The notes under the pieces: generated by a model | What the model saw: the letters and a program-made list of their open reading frames with translations, nothing else | Told to the model about the DNA's origin: nothing | Database searches by the model: none | Shown: positions 9,575 through 19,670 of the stretch, piece by piece | Layout of the letters: every line of letters begins with the position of its first letter | How positions within the stretch are numbered: the stretch's first letter is position 1 | NCBI GenBank assembly: GCA_001002135.1 | Contig: LCLP01000001.1 | Span: forward strand, 230,274 to 294,273 | Source of the DNA: Candidatus Pacebacteria bacterium GW2011_GWA1_46_10 | GTDB taxonomy: Bacteria; Patescibacteriota; Microgenomatia; UBA1400; PJMF01 | DNA: 64,000 nt | Reading direction: 5' to 3' | Program-made: the position numbers and the translations under genes

Positions 9575-10930
9575 ATGGTGAAGAAATCCCCACGTCAAAC
9601 TGCTTCCCGCAGGAGTGTAACCAGTAAAAAGCGACCGAAGAAATCGGTTCGTCAAACGTCATCTAAACGAAAAGCAGTCAAGAAAACTGTGAAAAAAGTT
9701 TCTCGGTCAACCAAGCAATCAGCCAAAAGACCAACTCAAAAAATGGTGAAAAAGACTGTCCGCAAACCTACCAAACCTACCAAACAAACCAAGCCAACCA
9801 AGGTTGAGCCGTTTATCATTCGTTCTCAGCAGGAGGAAAAACCCCTGCCAAAAATGACTGGCGAGCAGGTTGAGGCGCTTTTCAAAAAAGCCAAAAAGCA
9901 AGGCTTTGTGACTCAAGAGGAGATCTTGGATGTGTTTGTCGAGCCGGAGCTTTATTTGGAGCAGTTGGATGACTTTTATAGTCGAATTGTTGAGGCACAA
10001 ATTGACGTTTTTGAAGCTGTTTCAGAGGAGAAAGAAGAAGAGAGTGATGATGAGCTACAGCAGGAGTTAGATCTATTGGCCGGTCTGAAAAACACTGGTG
10101 TGGCTGACCCGGTCCGCATGTACCTCAAGGAGATTGGCCGGATTCCGCTTTTAACCCGTGAACAAGAAATTAGGTTGGCCCAAAGTGTGGAGGCCGGCGA
10201 CATGAAGGCGAAAAAGGGCTTGATCGATGCCAACCTCCGGTTGGTGGTGTCGATCGCCAAGAAATACATCGGTCGGGGTATGACCTTCCTGGATCTGATT
10301 CAAGAGGGCAACAAGGGTCTCATTCGCGCGGTCGAGAAATTCGACTGGACGAAGGGTTTTAAGTTCAGTACCTACGCCACTTGGTGGATCCGCCAAGCGA
10401 TTACCCGGAGTATTGCTGACCAAGCCCGCACCATTCGGATTCCGGTCCACATGGTCGAGACGATCAATAAACTAATGCGGACCAGCCGCCGGTTGATGCA
10501 AGACTTGGGTCGTGAGCCAACTCCTGAGGAAATTGGTAAACGGATGGAGAACATGGACCCGGATAAGGTTCGTGAAATTCTGAAAATTTCCCAAAATACC
10601 ACTTCACTGGAGACGCCGGTGGGCGATGGAGAAGATGACAGTATTCTCGGGGACTTTATTGCCGATGAAAAACAGGTTTCCCCGTATGAGGCTACCAGCA
10701 AACAGATGCTGCGGGAGAACATCGAAGAAGTCTTGGGTGCGCTTTCAGACCGTGAGGCCAGGGTACTGCGCATGCGGTTTGGGCTGCAGGGTAATAAAAC
10801 GATGACCTTGGAAGAGGTGGGTAAAAAATTCGGGGTCACCCGTGAGCGAATTCGTCAAATTGAGGCCAAGGCGCTGCGGAAGCTCAAACACCCTAGTCGA
10901 CGCAAAAAACTGCAGGATTTCCTCGAGTAA
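9575..10930 (+). CDS. rpoD: RNA polymerase primary sigma factor with a K/R-rich N-terminal extension
   Basis: '[11 protein letters not shown]', '[12 protein letters not shown]', '[14 protein letters not shown]', '[10 protein letters not shown]'. Confidence 0.97.
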   Translation: MVKKSPRQTASRRSVTSKKRPKKSVRQTSSKRKAVKKTVKKVSRSTKQSAKRPTQKMVKKTVRKPTKPTKQTKPTKVEPFIIRSQQEEKPLPKMTGEQVEALFKKAKKQGFVTQEEILDVFVEPELYLEQLDDFYSRIVEAQIDVFEAVSEEKEEESDDELQQELDLLAGLKNTGVADPVRMYLKEIGRIPLLTREQEIRLAQSVEAGDMKAKKGLIDANLRLVVSIAKKYIGRGMTFLDLIQEGNKGLIRAVEKFDWTKGFKFSTYATWWIRQAITRSIADQARTIRIPVHMVETINKLMRTSRRLMQDLGREPTPEEIGKRMENMDPDKVREILKISQNTTSLETPVGDGEDDSILGDFIADEKQVSPYEATSKQMLRENIEEVLGALSDREARVLRMRFGLQGNKTMTLEEVGKKFGVTRERIRQIEAKALRKLKHPSRRKKLQDFLE

Positions 10931-11019
10931 TGGTCTGATAGTTCCCACCAAAATTTCACTTGCCAATTTCATTTTCGGTTGTTACGCTTCATGTTAAGGC
11001 CGTCAGTGACACTATTAGT

Positions 11020-11421
11020 ATGATTACCAAACAAGATTCTCTCCAACTGCAAAAAGACTTTAAAAAAGTTTTTGTTACGAAAGCGGAAATGAATGCCCGA
11101 TTCGACAAGATGGACGTGCGATTTGACAAAATAGATACCCGTCTCGATAAGATGGACGCGCGGTTTGATAAAATTAACGCTCGGTTTGACAAGATGGATA
11201 AGGATAACGAGGAACAAACCCTGAGTTTAGCTCAGACGTTTAATCAAATAAATGACAGATTTATCGCCATTGAGAAGAGATTGGATATGATTGAAGAGAT
11301 TTTGCGAAGAATGGATGACCGGCAAAGCAAGATGGAGGAGTTTATGAAAGTCATGTCGCTTAAACTCCTCAATCATGATGGTCGGATTGTCACTCTGGAA
11401 TCAAAAATCCTCTTGAGTTAG
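11020..11421 (+). CDS. Coiled-coil heptad-repeat protein (paralog of 43809-44192)
   Basis: Five imperfect 'xRFDKMD/ID' heptads. The N-terminus MITKQDSLQLQ is shared with the 43809 ORF. Confidence 0.75.
   Translation: MITKQDSLQLQKDFKKVFVTKAEMNARFDKMDVRFDKIDTRLDKMDARFDKINARFDKMDKDNEEQTLSLAQTFNQINDRFIAIEKRLDMIEEILRRMDDRQSKMEEFMKVMSLKLLNHDGRIVTLESKILLS
11092..11196 (+). repeat. Imperfect 21-bp coding tandem repeat (5 units)
   Basis: Encodes NARFDKM DVRFDKI DTRLDKM DARFDKI NARFDKM. Confidence 0.75.
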
Positions 11422-11439
11422 GTATAATAGGGCATTCGA

Positions 11440-11514
11440 TCCCCTGTAGCTCAATGGCAGAGCAGGTCGCTGTTAACGACAAGGTTGGCGGTTCGAGTCC
11501 ACCCGGGGGAGCCA
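11440..11514 (+). tRNA. tRNA-Asn(GTT)
   Basis: Acceptor stem TCCCCTG/CGGGGGA, D-arm GCTC/GAGC, anticodon loop CTGTTAA, TTCGA T-loop, 3' GCCA. TATAAT lies upstream at 11423. Confidence 0.95.
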
Positions 11515-12960
11515 AAGTTGATTATCGGTATGATTTAAGATTGTGTCGAATGGTTTTATCGCTTCATATCGCACTGTTTTACCCTCTACCCTAAGGTTCG
11601 ATAGTACGAGCTTGATTAACTGTCGTTTTTCCTCAACTTCCGAACTCTTGAACAAATCATAAGCTCGGTTTACTAGCTCCAGTAGGTATTTGCTCGAGAT
11701 GTAATAGTTATCCTCGGCTTCTTGAAGCATACCGAGTTGAGAGTCTAGCCCAGCTATTTGTTCACGGAATGATTGATAGAACTTGTCATACTCATCGTCA
11801 GTAATACGCCCCTTCAGTTTATCAAGGTAAAGATTGTCCATCATTTTAGTAACGCTTTTGTGTTCTGCTGTTAATTTATCGTATTGTTTGTTTTGAAAGT
11901 CCATTTTGTCTTGATGAACATTGTTTAGATTTACCACTACCTGCTCTAAAACCCAGTCGGGGATTTGTAATCGCTTAAATATACTTCCTATTTGCTCGGT
12001 TATATTTTCTTCCCGTAACCATTCAGCCCCGTGTTTGCCGTTATACTGCGTACAGTGGTAATAAACGTGTCCTTTGTGCTTTTCTGGGGTTACAGCGAGC
12101 CCACAATGACCGCATCGTAGTAAGCCCCGATAAGGGTAAGGCTTTCCAGCATATCTAGTTTTTTTCTTATTAAAACCTGCCTTGATTTGCTGTACCTGGT
12201 CATATAAAGTTTTTGCAATAATCGCTGGATACTTATGTTTATATTGCTTATTTTTCCAGGTCATTATTCCGTAATAGAAAGCGTTTTTGAGAATTTTATC
12301 TATCCAACCGTGGGACCACTCAACTGAATATTCGTTTTTTATTTTTGTGCGTAATAAATCCATCGAGAAACTACCAGTCGCATACCACTCATAAGCTTTT
12401 TGAACTACCCGTGATGCAAATTCATCTATAACTATTTCTGTTTTGTCCTTGTTTATTGGTTCTCTTTTGTAACCATAAGGTGGTCGGGCTGGATATGTGC
12501 CCATTCTAAGCATTTGTTCTTGAGCTCGTTTTACGTTATCGCTGATTGCGTCTGAGTAGTACTTGGCTAACCCAAGGCTGATACTGAAATTAAACTTTTC
12601 GACTGCGGATAGCTGGCTATTGATGACTTGTCCATCAGATACAAAATGTATTTCAATTTCATCTCTGAGAGCTTTTTCATAAAGGATGGAAACTCTTTTA
12701 TCAAATATGTTACGAGATAGGCGATCAACCTTATCAAATCCAATGGCTATTTTTTCTTTCTGTGAGAGGATGAAATCAAGAATACCATCAAAGTCATCCC
12801 TCTTATTCTTGTATGCACTTTCATCAAAACTGAACTCCTTTATAATTGGGTACCCTTTATTTTGAAAATATTTTCTTAGTCGCGCAGTTTGGGCTGGTAG
12901 AGAGTTACCAGCATCTTTTTGTTCTTCTGTGCTAACTCGTGAAGTTATAATTGCTTTCAT
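11473..12960 (-). CDS. Large serine recombinase (integrase)
   Basis: 'SRVSTEEQ' catalytic Ser, 'DKVDRLSR', recombinase domain 'PPYGY', Zn-ribbon 'CGHCG…YYHC', coiled coil. The C-terminus runs antisense into the tRNA. ATG 12960 overlaps the hsdR stop. Confidence 0.95.
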   Translation of the reverse strand: MKAIITSRVSTEEQKDAGNSLPAQTARLRKYFQNKGYPIIKEFSFDESAYKNKRDDFDGILDFILSQKEKIAIGFDKVDRLSRNIFDKRVSILYEKALRDEIEIHFVSDGQVINSQLSAVEKFNFSISLGLAKYYSDAISDNVKRAQEQMLRMGTYPARPPYGYKREPINKDKTEIVIDEFASRVVQKAYEWYATGSFSMDLLRTKIKNEYSVEWSHGWIDKILKNAFYYGIMTWKNKQYKHKYPAIIAKTLYDQVQQIKAGFNKKKTRYAGKPYPYRGLLRCGHCGLAVTPEKHKGHVYYHCTQYNGKHGAEWLREENITEQIGSIFKRLQIPDWVLEQVVVNLNNVHQDKMDFQNKQYDKLTAEHKSVTKMMDNLYLDKLKGRITDDEYDKFYQSFREQIAGLDSQLGMLQEAEDNYYISSKYLLELVNRAYDLFKSSEVEEKRQLIKLVLSNLRVEGKTVRYEAIKPFDTILNHTDNQLWLPRVDSNRQPCR

Positions 12961-15900
12961 GATTTTTGCCAATGACTTTCAATATAGGATTGTGCCTCGC
13001 TCATGCTTAAAGAGCTAGTGTTATTGCCAGTTCTCACATATAGCTCTTCACTGCCTTGCGATTTTACATAGACTGGATTATCGGATTTTAGAACAGTAAT
13101 AAGACAAACATCTTTCCCTTCGATCATTTCGAAAATCGTACTGAAGTAACGCACTCGATCGGCGCCCATAGTTTCCTTTACAAGCTGAACTAAATGATTT
13201 TCAAACTCATCTCTATTTCCGTTACTCAAAGTCATATAATCTTGTTCTAGTCCAAAGATGCTCCCACCGTCCTCAACACCAATAATGAGTTGTCCACCTT
13301 CAGCATTCATGTATCCAGCAATCGTTTTAAGAATTACCTTTTCCAAGTCTTTGTTTGTTTTTCCTTGTCTAACATCCCATCTTAAAGTTGATTTAAATTC
13401 AAGTTTTTGGCTTTCACCTTTCTTGATGAGCTTGCCAATATCTTCATTTTCCAACTTTCGATAGATACGAGGCATAAGATACTGTTCAAGTTTGTCTCGG
13501 AGTTTTGGATCATTTATGAATTTCATGACCAACTCTTCATTGCGATCCATTCTTTCAACTAGAATATTGATAAGTTCTTCATTGAGCGGATATTTGAATG
13601 CGTCTTTTGGATTGACTTTGGCTTGATTCATTAAAGCCTCGTTGTTGTAAATGTCTTGCTCTATTTGGTCGATAAAAAGCTTATCTGCTTCTGTAAACTC
13701 AGTACCGAGTTTGTCATTGAGTATTTTGATAATTTCAGAAAGAATGGATTTGTCTTCGGTCTCGTAATCTATCGTGCCTGCGTCTTGCAGGGTAGCGAGC
13801 TCAACGGTACCTAGTTTCTCTGGGGTAATACTTCCTTCCTGAATTTTTTGCAGTTTGTAATATTGCAGAGCAATCTCGTCATTAAGATCAAACCGTTCGA
13901 CCGGGTCCTTGGGGAGAGCATTTCTCAGTAAACGTCCAAATACATACAGTTTTTCAAGATCTGAGTCGCTAAAAGGCATTACTTGTGAAAGAAATACATA
14001 CGCTCTAATAAAAGCGGTGAGTTGCTTCTTGAAATCTTCCTGTTTATCCTTTTCTTGCGTTTTGTATCGATCAATAGCTGGGGTGATAATGACATATAGT
14101 TTTTGTTGATCTGCTTTTGTTTGGTATCCAGAGAAGAAAACTTTTGCAAATGACTCTACTTCAGAGAGCCAGAAAACCTTGGAGTCGATCAGACTATTTT
14201 TAAGGTCGTATAAATGATTTGGATCGGTTGACTCATCGATTGAAGTATTCTCATAGTAAGGCTGAAACGCTTCAAGAATTTCACTTGGTTCATTTACAAA
14301 ATCCAAGATAAACGTATCTTCTTTGCCAGGGTGAGTGCGATTGAGTCGTGAAAGGGTTTGGACTGCTTTTACTCCAGATAACTTTTTATCTACAAACATA
14401 GTGTGGAGCAATGGTTCATCGTAACCAGTTTGGTATTTATCAGCTACAAGTAAGATACGATACTCATCAGTAGCAAACTTTTTTGGTAATTCCTTTTCAC
14501 CGAAACCATTTAGCTGAGGTTCAGTGACTTTTTCATCAGTGTCTGGGTCTTTAAGCGCCCCAGAAAAGGCAACCAGCACTCGAATATCGGTGTAGGCTTT
14601 TTCTTTCAAGTAGCGGTTAAATTCCTGATAGTAACGATAGGCGTGTAGGCGAGAGCTGGTCACAACCATTGCTTTTGCTTTACCACCAATTTTCTTCATT
14701 GTTATGTTGCGAAAATGCTCAGCAATAACCTCTGTTTTTTGAGCAAGATTGTGAGGATGCAGAGACAAGAATCTAGCTATGGCTTGATTGGCTTTTTTCT
14801 TATCAAGTTCTGGGTCGTCTTCGATTTTTTTAGTAATTCTGAAGTATGTTTTGTAAGTGGCGTAGCCTTTGAGCACATCAAGAATAAATCCTTCTTCAAT
14901 TGCTTGTCGCATGGAATACAGATGAAAGGGTACAGGCTTACCTTCTACATTTGAAACACCAAAGACTTCGAGCGTTTTGGCTTTGGGTGTGGCTGTGAAA
15001 GCGTAGAAGCTCAGGTTGTCTTGCTTGCCTCGTGCCGTCATGGATTGTCGAATATTATCTTCAACCGTTTCATCATCAGTAGTGTCTTCATTTTCTGCTT
15101 CCTCGAGAGTGTTAGCAGTCAACACTTGTTTCATCTGTTTGGCAGTTTCACCACCTTGTGAGCTGTGTGCTTCGTCAATAATTACCGCATACTTACTGGC
15201 TTGAAACTCACCGATTTGATCAAGCACAAAGGGAAATTTTTGTACCGTAGTGATTATGATCTTAACGCCTGCTCTTAGTGCATCTGCAAGCTGGTTAGAA
15301 TCTTTATCAATTCTCTTAACGACACCTTGCTTGTGATCAAATTGGTAGATAGTATCTTGTAACTGTTTATCCAAGACAATCCTATCGGTGACTACTATGA
15401 CTGACTTGAAAACTGGTTCGTTTTGATCGTCATGCAAACTTGAAAGGCGATACGCCAACCATGCAATGGAATTACTCTTGCCACTTCCTGCGCTATGCTG
15501 AATTAGGTAGTTCTTACCAACACCCTTTGCTTTGGTATCATGAGTAAGCTTGCGGACTACATCGAGTTGATGATAACGAGGGAAGATGATTGTTTCTTTT
15601 GTTTTGATTTTTCCACTAACTCGAATTTCTTGTTGCTCAAAGTGAATGAATTTTTGCAAAATATCCATCCAACTATCTTTGCTCCAAACTTCCTTCCATA
15701 AATAATCAGTTTTGTAACCTTGCTCATTAGGTGGATTGCCTGCTCCGTTTTGGTAGCCCTTATTAAAGGGTAAAAAGGATGTGTCCTCACCTTTTAAGTG
15801 AGTAGTCATGGAAACCTCATTTGGATCAACGGCAAAGTGGACTAAAGCTCTCTTCTTAAATTGAAACAACATTTCGTTGGTATCTCGTGTGTAGATGAAT

Positions 15901-16409
15901 TGTCTTTCAGCATTACTTTTATCTTGTCCTGTAAAAGGATTTTTCAGCTCTACTGTAGCTACAGGAAGTCCATTCAGAAAGAGCACTAAGTCAACTGCTA
16001 AATCTGGATTCTTGACACTAAAATGAACTTGGCGAGTTACGCTCAGGATGTTTTTTTGGTACAACTCAAGTGTTTCAGGGTTGAGATACGACTCAGGCTT
16101 GAAGTAAGCAAGATCTAGGTGAATACCATGATCATCAATACCTTCACGAAGCACTTTGAGCATACCCTTTTTCTCTAGCTCACGCACTAATCTAGAAATG
16201 ATTTTGTCTTCAAGCTGATCCTGATGAATATCAGAGAGCATTTGCCATTTTTCTGGCTGGGTATCGCATAGGAATGAGAGTAGGGTGGTTGTATCAAGAG
16301 CAAGTTGTGGGTCGAAATTATTAGCATTGCCTTGAACATATTCAGATTGGTTGATTAAGCTATCGACGATATTTGATTCGAATGTTTCTTCGTTATAAAT
16401 GTTGCTCAT
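12957..16409 (-). CDS. hsdR: Type I restriction endonuclease subunit R with a C-terminal AlbA_2/Schlafen-like domain
   Basis: 'DLVLFLNGLPVATVELKN', 'QHSAGSGKS', 'DEAH', 'FTATP', 'QTLSRLNR'. C-terminal 'GESQKLEFKS…IAGYMNAEGGQLIIGVED'. Confidence 0.93.
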   Translation of the reverse strand: MSNIYNEETFESNIVDSLINQSEYVQGNANNFDPQLALDTTTLLSFLCDTQPEKWQMLSDIHQDQLEDKIISRLVRELEKKGMLKVLREGIDDHGIHLDLAYFKPESYLNPETLELYQKNILSVTRQVHFSVKNPDLAVDLVLFLNGLPVATVELKNPFTGQDKSNAERQFIYTRDTNEMLFQFKKRALVHFAVDPNEVSMTTHLKGEDTSFLPFNKGYQNGAGNPPNEQGYKTDYLWKEVWSKDSWMDILQKFIHFEQQEIRVSGKIKTKETIIFPRYHQLDVVRKLTHDTKAKGVGKNYLIQHSAGSGKSNSIAWLAYRLSSLHDDQNEPVFKSVIVVTDRIVLDKQLQDTIYQFDHKQGVVKRIDKDSNQLADALRAGVKIIITTVQKFPFVLDQIGEFQASKYAVIIDEAHSSQGGETAKQMKQVLTANTLEEAENEDTTDDETVEDNIRQSMTARGKQDNLSFYAFTATPKAKTLEVFGVSNVEGKPVPFHLYSMRQAIEEGFILDVLKGYATYKTYFRITKKIEDDPELDKKKANQAIARFLSLHPHNLAQKTEVIAEHFRNITMKKIGGKAKAMVVTSSRLHAYRYYQEFNRYLKEKAYTDIRVLVAFSGALKDPDTDEKVTEPQLNGFGEKELPKKFATDEYRILLVADKYQTGYDEPLLHTMFVDKKLSGVKAVQTLSRLNRTHPGKEDTFILDFVNEPSEILEAFQPYYENTSIDESTDPNHLYDLKNSLIDSKVFWLSEVESFAKVFFSGYQTKADQQKLYVIITPAIDRYKTQEKDKQEDFKKQLTAFIRAYVFLSQVMPFSDSDLEKLYVFGRLLRNALPKDPVERFDLNDEIALQYYKLQKIQEGSITPEKLGTVELATLQDAGTIDYETEDKSILSEIIKILNDKLGTEFTEADKLFIDQIEQDIYNNEALMNQAKVNPKDAFKYPLNEELINILVERMDRNEELVMKFINDPKLRDKLEQYLMPRIYRKLENEDIGKLIKKGESQKLEFKSTLRWDVRQGKTNKDLEKVILKTIAGYMNAEGGQLIIGVEDGGSIFGLEQDYMTLSNGNRDEFENHLVQLVKETMGADRVRYFSTIFEMIEGKDVCLITVLKSDNPVYVKSQGSEELYVRTGNNTSSLSMSEAQSYIESHWQKS

Positions 16410-17761
16410 AGTATTTGATCCTTAATAAATTCTTCTGGGATTGGTTCATCACGAACATCGATTTTTCCAGTAACAGCACTTGAGATGAGTGTTTGGCGGT
16501 ATTCTCGAAGCAGGAGGTTTTGGGATATTAATGTATTTTTCTTGTTTTCAATTTTTTCTACATATCCATCTAGATATTGAGCTATTTTTACTAGCTCTTC
16601 TTCTGAAGGACTTAACAATGGTAGCCATTTTAATTCAGAGAAATTCAAGGTTTGCCTTACACCATTTCCAAGTCCATAAAGCACTTTACCTATATCATAA
16701 GAATGAAGTAGATAGTAATAGTATTGGGAATTAGATAGCTGATTTTTTGGGACAAGCCCAATATATGCTGAGGTTATAATTCCATGTTCTTTTGAAAGTC
16801 CAACTCTCAAACTTTTTTTATCATTTTGAAGGTCAGTTAGTCTTAAAATAATGTATCCCGAAGCTACTACTTGATAGCCCTGAAATGAACTTGGCAGTAA
16901 TCCAAAGTTATTTTCAACATTTCTTTTAATAATTCTTCCATAACTTAATGACAATACATTCTTTTCATTTTGGTTAATATTTTTGGTTTTGTTGTTTGAA
17001 AAGATTGCAAAAAGTGGTTTTATTTCCCAATGCTCAGGAACTTTCCCAATCCACTCAATGCCACTGTCTTTCATTTTGACCGTAGGATCGAGACCTTTAG
17101 TGACTACCTGATTGATGGTGGCTTGTTTTTTTTCTTCAAGGAGCTGGATGAGTTGTTTGTTTTTAGAGATGAGGTTGTCTATGAGGAAGATCTTATAGTT
17201 TAGGTATGAAGCAATTTTCTTCTGCATACTTGTATCGACTGAAATTGGAATGTATAAATTAGAAATAGTGTCTGAATTTAAATTTGCCAGCCCTGTGGTC
17301 GTATTTGAGAATATTTGATACTGCACTCTTGATATTTGTGAATTTAAATACCAATAACCAAATTGGCTGTTCATTTTAGTGTTTGGTCTTATTCTTTGCA
17401 TAAAGTTTGAGTAGCACGTTATTTCAGAGGTAATTCTCTTATCAACTACAGCGGTTTTTCCAATATGTAATTCGCTTCCGCTTGATTTAGTAATAATTAA
17501 ATCACCTATTTCTACTTTACTTTTTCTTATTTCAGCATCTGAGAGATCACGATAAGCAGAATCCTTCAAATTATTCCATTTACCATCGACGGATATTTCT
17601 GTAGACCTTAGTACTCTAGTTCCATTTTCCATGGGATCATTTCCCCATACTCCACCATCATTAGAAGTAATGAGCCACTTGAGTTTGCTTAGATACCAAT
17701 CTTGAGGGATTTCTCCAATCCAAGTTATGCCAGTTTGTTTGTATTTTGAATATGGCTTCAT
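16406..17761 (-). CDS. hsdS: Type I RM specificity subunit
   Basis: Two TRDs with the conserved 'WIGEIPQDW'/'MKDSGIEWIGKVPEHW' and 'LISSAVTGKIDV'. Confidence 0.93.
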   Translation of the reverse strand: MKPYSKYKQTGITWIGEIPQDWYLSKLKWLITSNDGGVWGNDPMENGTRVLRSTEISVDGKWNNLKDSAYRDLSDAEIRKSKVEIGDLIITKSSGSELHIGKTAVVDKRITSEITCYSNFMQRIRPNTKMNSQFGYWYLNSQISRVQYQIFSNTTTGLANLNSDTISNLYIPISVDTSMQKKIASYLNYKIFLIDNLISKNKQLIQLLEEKKQATINQVVTKGLDPTVKMKDSGIEWIGKVPEHWEIKPLFAIFSNNKTKNINQNEKNVLSLSYGRIIKRNVENNFGLLPSSFQGYQVVASGYIILRLTDLQNDKKSLRVGLSKEHGIITSAYIGLVPKNQLSNSQYYYYLLHSYDIGKVLYGLGNGVRQTLNFSELKWLPLLSPSEEELVKIAQYLDGYVEKIENKKNTLISQNLLLREYRQTLISSAVTGKIDVRDEPIPEEFIKDQIL

Positions 17762-19479
17762 GAGAGTATTTCTTTTAATAACCCATCACTTTCTTTTTCA
17801 AGTTCAAGAATGTCTTTCGTTATTTCCTCGAGTGAACGGAGGGGCTTATATTCATAAAAGTGTTTGGTGAAGTTTATTTCATACCCAACTTTGGTTTGGC
17901 TCTCATCAATCCAGGCATCTGGAACGTGGGGTTTTACCTCACGTTCAAAATACTCATGAATATCCTCTTTGAGTGGCACATTTTCTCTATCTCTCAGGCT
18001 AGTATCAGGCTTGGGGTTACCGCCCTTATCAGTGATTATTTTTCCATTTTTATCTATTTGAGGTCTTTCGATAGCAATCTGATTGTATCCAAAATCTTCA
18101 TTATCAAAAATCTTTGAGAATTTTCCTGACTTGATCTCACCATGCATTTCAACAATCTTGGCTATGTCTTCATCGGCAATTTCATGACGTTTGTTTCCCA
18201 AGCTCTTGCTCATCTTTTTGTAGAAATTAACTGCGTTAATTAGTTGAATTTTGCCTTTTCTTTCATTTGATTTACGATTGGTTAAGATCCAAATGTAGGT
18301 AGAGATTCCAGTGTTGTAAAAAAGTTGATCGGGAAGAGCAATGATCGCTTCTAAAAGGTCGTTTTCAATGATCCATTTACGAATGTCAGATGGACCACTT
18401 CCAGCACTTCCAGTAAACAGAGGTGAGCCGTTGAAGACGATTGATAATCTGCTCCCGCCATTAGACGGCTTCATCTTCGCAAGCATGGTTTGAAGGAATA
18501 AAAGAGAGCCATCGCTGATGCTTGGTAAGCCTGCTCCAAAACGTCCGCCATAACCAAGATCTTCATGTTCGGAAACAACTTCTTTTTGAGCTTTATTCCA
18601 CTTCACTCCAAAGGGAGGGTTGGAGAGCATATAGTCGAACTGTACATTAGATAGTTTATCATCACGCAGGGTATCTCCAAAACGGATATGCTCTGCATTG
18701 TGACCAGTAACCATCATGTCTGATTTACAAATAGCATAAGACTCGGGATTAATTTCTTGCCCGAATAATTCAAGCCGTGCATCTGGGTTTAACTCTTGGA
18801 GGTAATCTTCTGCAACGGTTAACATACCACCAGTTCCACAAGCTGGGTCGTAGATTGTTTTGACAATACTTTTCTTAGATAGAATTTCATTATCGTTTGT
18901 GAAAAGTAGGTTAACCATTAAACGAATGACTTCTCTTGGGGTAAAGTGTTCTCCTGCCGTCTCATTTGAGGATTCGGCGAACTTCCGAATTAACTCTTCA
19001 AAGATGTATCCCATTTCCAAATTAGTAACTTTTTTTGGGTTAAGATCAATTTCTTGGAATTTTTTAACTACTTGATAGAGCAAATCTGCCTTATCGAGCT
19101 TGATAATTTGTTTATCAAACTCAAAGTTTTCTATGATATCTCTAGCATCCTTTGAAAAACCATTTAGATAGTTGCGAAGATTTGGGGCGATATTGCTTGG
19201 GTCAGCAATTAGTTTATTGAAATCAAATTGACTATGATTGTGAAACTTTCTGCCTGCAATCTTGTTCAATAGAATATCTGGATCATCAATCTGTTTGTCC
19301 TTGATAGACCCGTACTGTTTTAGAACTATTTCTTTTGTATCCTCCAAGTCACAGTCAAGTCTACGAAGCACAGTAAGTGGCAAAATAACTTTGCCATAAT
19401 CTGATTGCTTATAATCACCACGGAGCAGATCAGCCACGCTCCAGATAAAGTTTGCGTATTGTGAGATATTAAGTTTCAT
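17758..19479 (-). CDS. hsdM: Type I RM N6-adenine methyltransferase
   Basis: 'GEHFTPREVI', 'YDPACGTGGML', 'NPPFG'. Confidence 0.95.
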   Translation of the reverse strand: MKLNISQYANFIWSVADLLRGDYKQSDYGKVILPLTVLRRLDCDLEDTKEIVLKQYGSIKDKQIDDPDILLNKIAGRKFHNHSQFDFNKLIADPSNIAPNLRNYLNGFSKDARDIIENFEFDKQIIKLDKADLLYQVVKKFQEIDLNPKKVTNLEMGYIFEELIRKFAESSNETAGEHFTPREVIRLMVNLLFTNDNEILSKKSIVKTIYDPACGTGGMLTVAEDYLQELNPDARLELFGQEINPESYAICKSDMMVTGHNAEHIRFGDTLRDDKLSNVQFDYMLSNPPFGVKWNKAQKEVVSEHEDLGYGGRFGAGLPSISDGSLLFLQTMLAKMKPSNGGSRLSIVFNGSPLFTGSAGSGPSDIRKWIIENDLLEAIIALPDQLFYNTGISTYIWILTNRKSNERKGKIQLINAVNFYKKMSKSLGNKRHEIADEDIAKIVEMHGEIKSGKFSKIFDNEDFGYNQIAIERPQIDKNGKIITDKGGNPKPDTSLRDRENVPLKEDIHEYFEREVKPHVPDAWIDESQTKVGYEINFTKHFYEYKPLRSLEEITKDILELEKESDGLLKEILS

Positions 19480-19670
19480 TAATTTTTCCTTTCAGATAGA
19501 AAAGACTCTAAGTCGTGCTTGGATATTCGATGTTGTTTACCCGCCTTAACAGCGTGTAATTTTTTTGCCTGCACCCATCTATAAACAGTTAGATAGGCTA
19601 CTTTTAGCATTTTGGAGATTTCTTTAATGGAGTAATATTGCTCTTCTATCATATTAGTTATATTTATCAT
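19479..19670 (-). CDS. Excisionase-like helix-turn-helix DNA-binding protein
   Basis: 'YYSIKEISKMLKVAYLTVYRWV…LHAVKAGKQHRIS' HTH_17-like pattern. Confidence 0.85.
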   Translation of the reverse strand: MINITNMIEEQYYSIKEISKMLKVAYLTVYRWVQAKKLHAVKAGKQHRISKHDLESFLSERKN

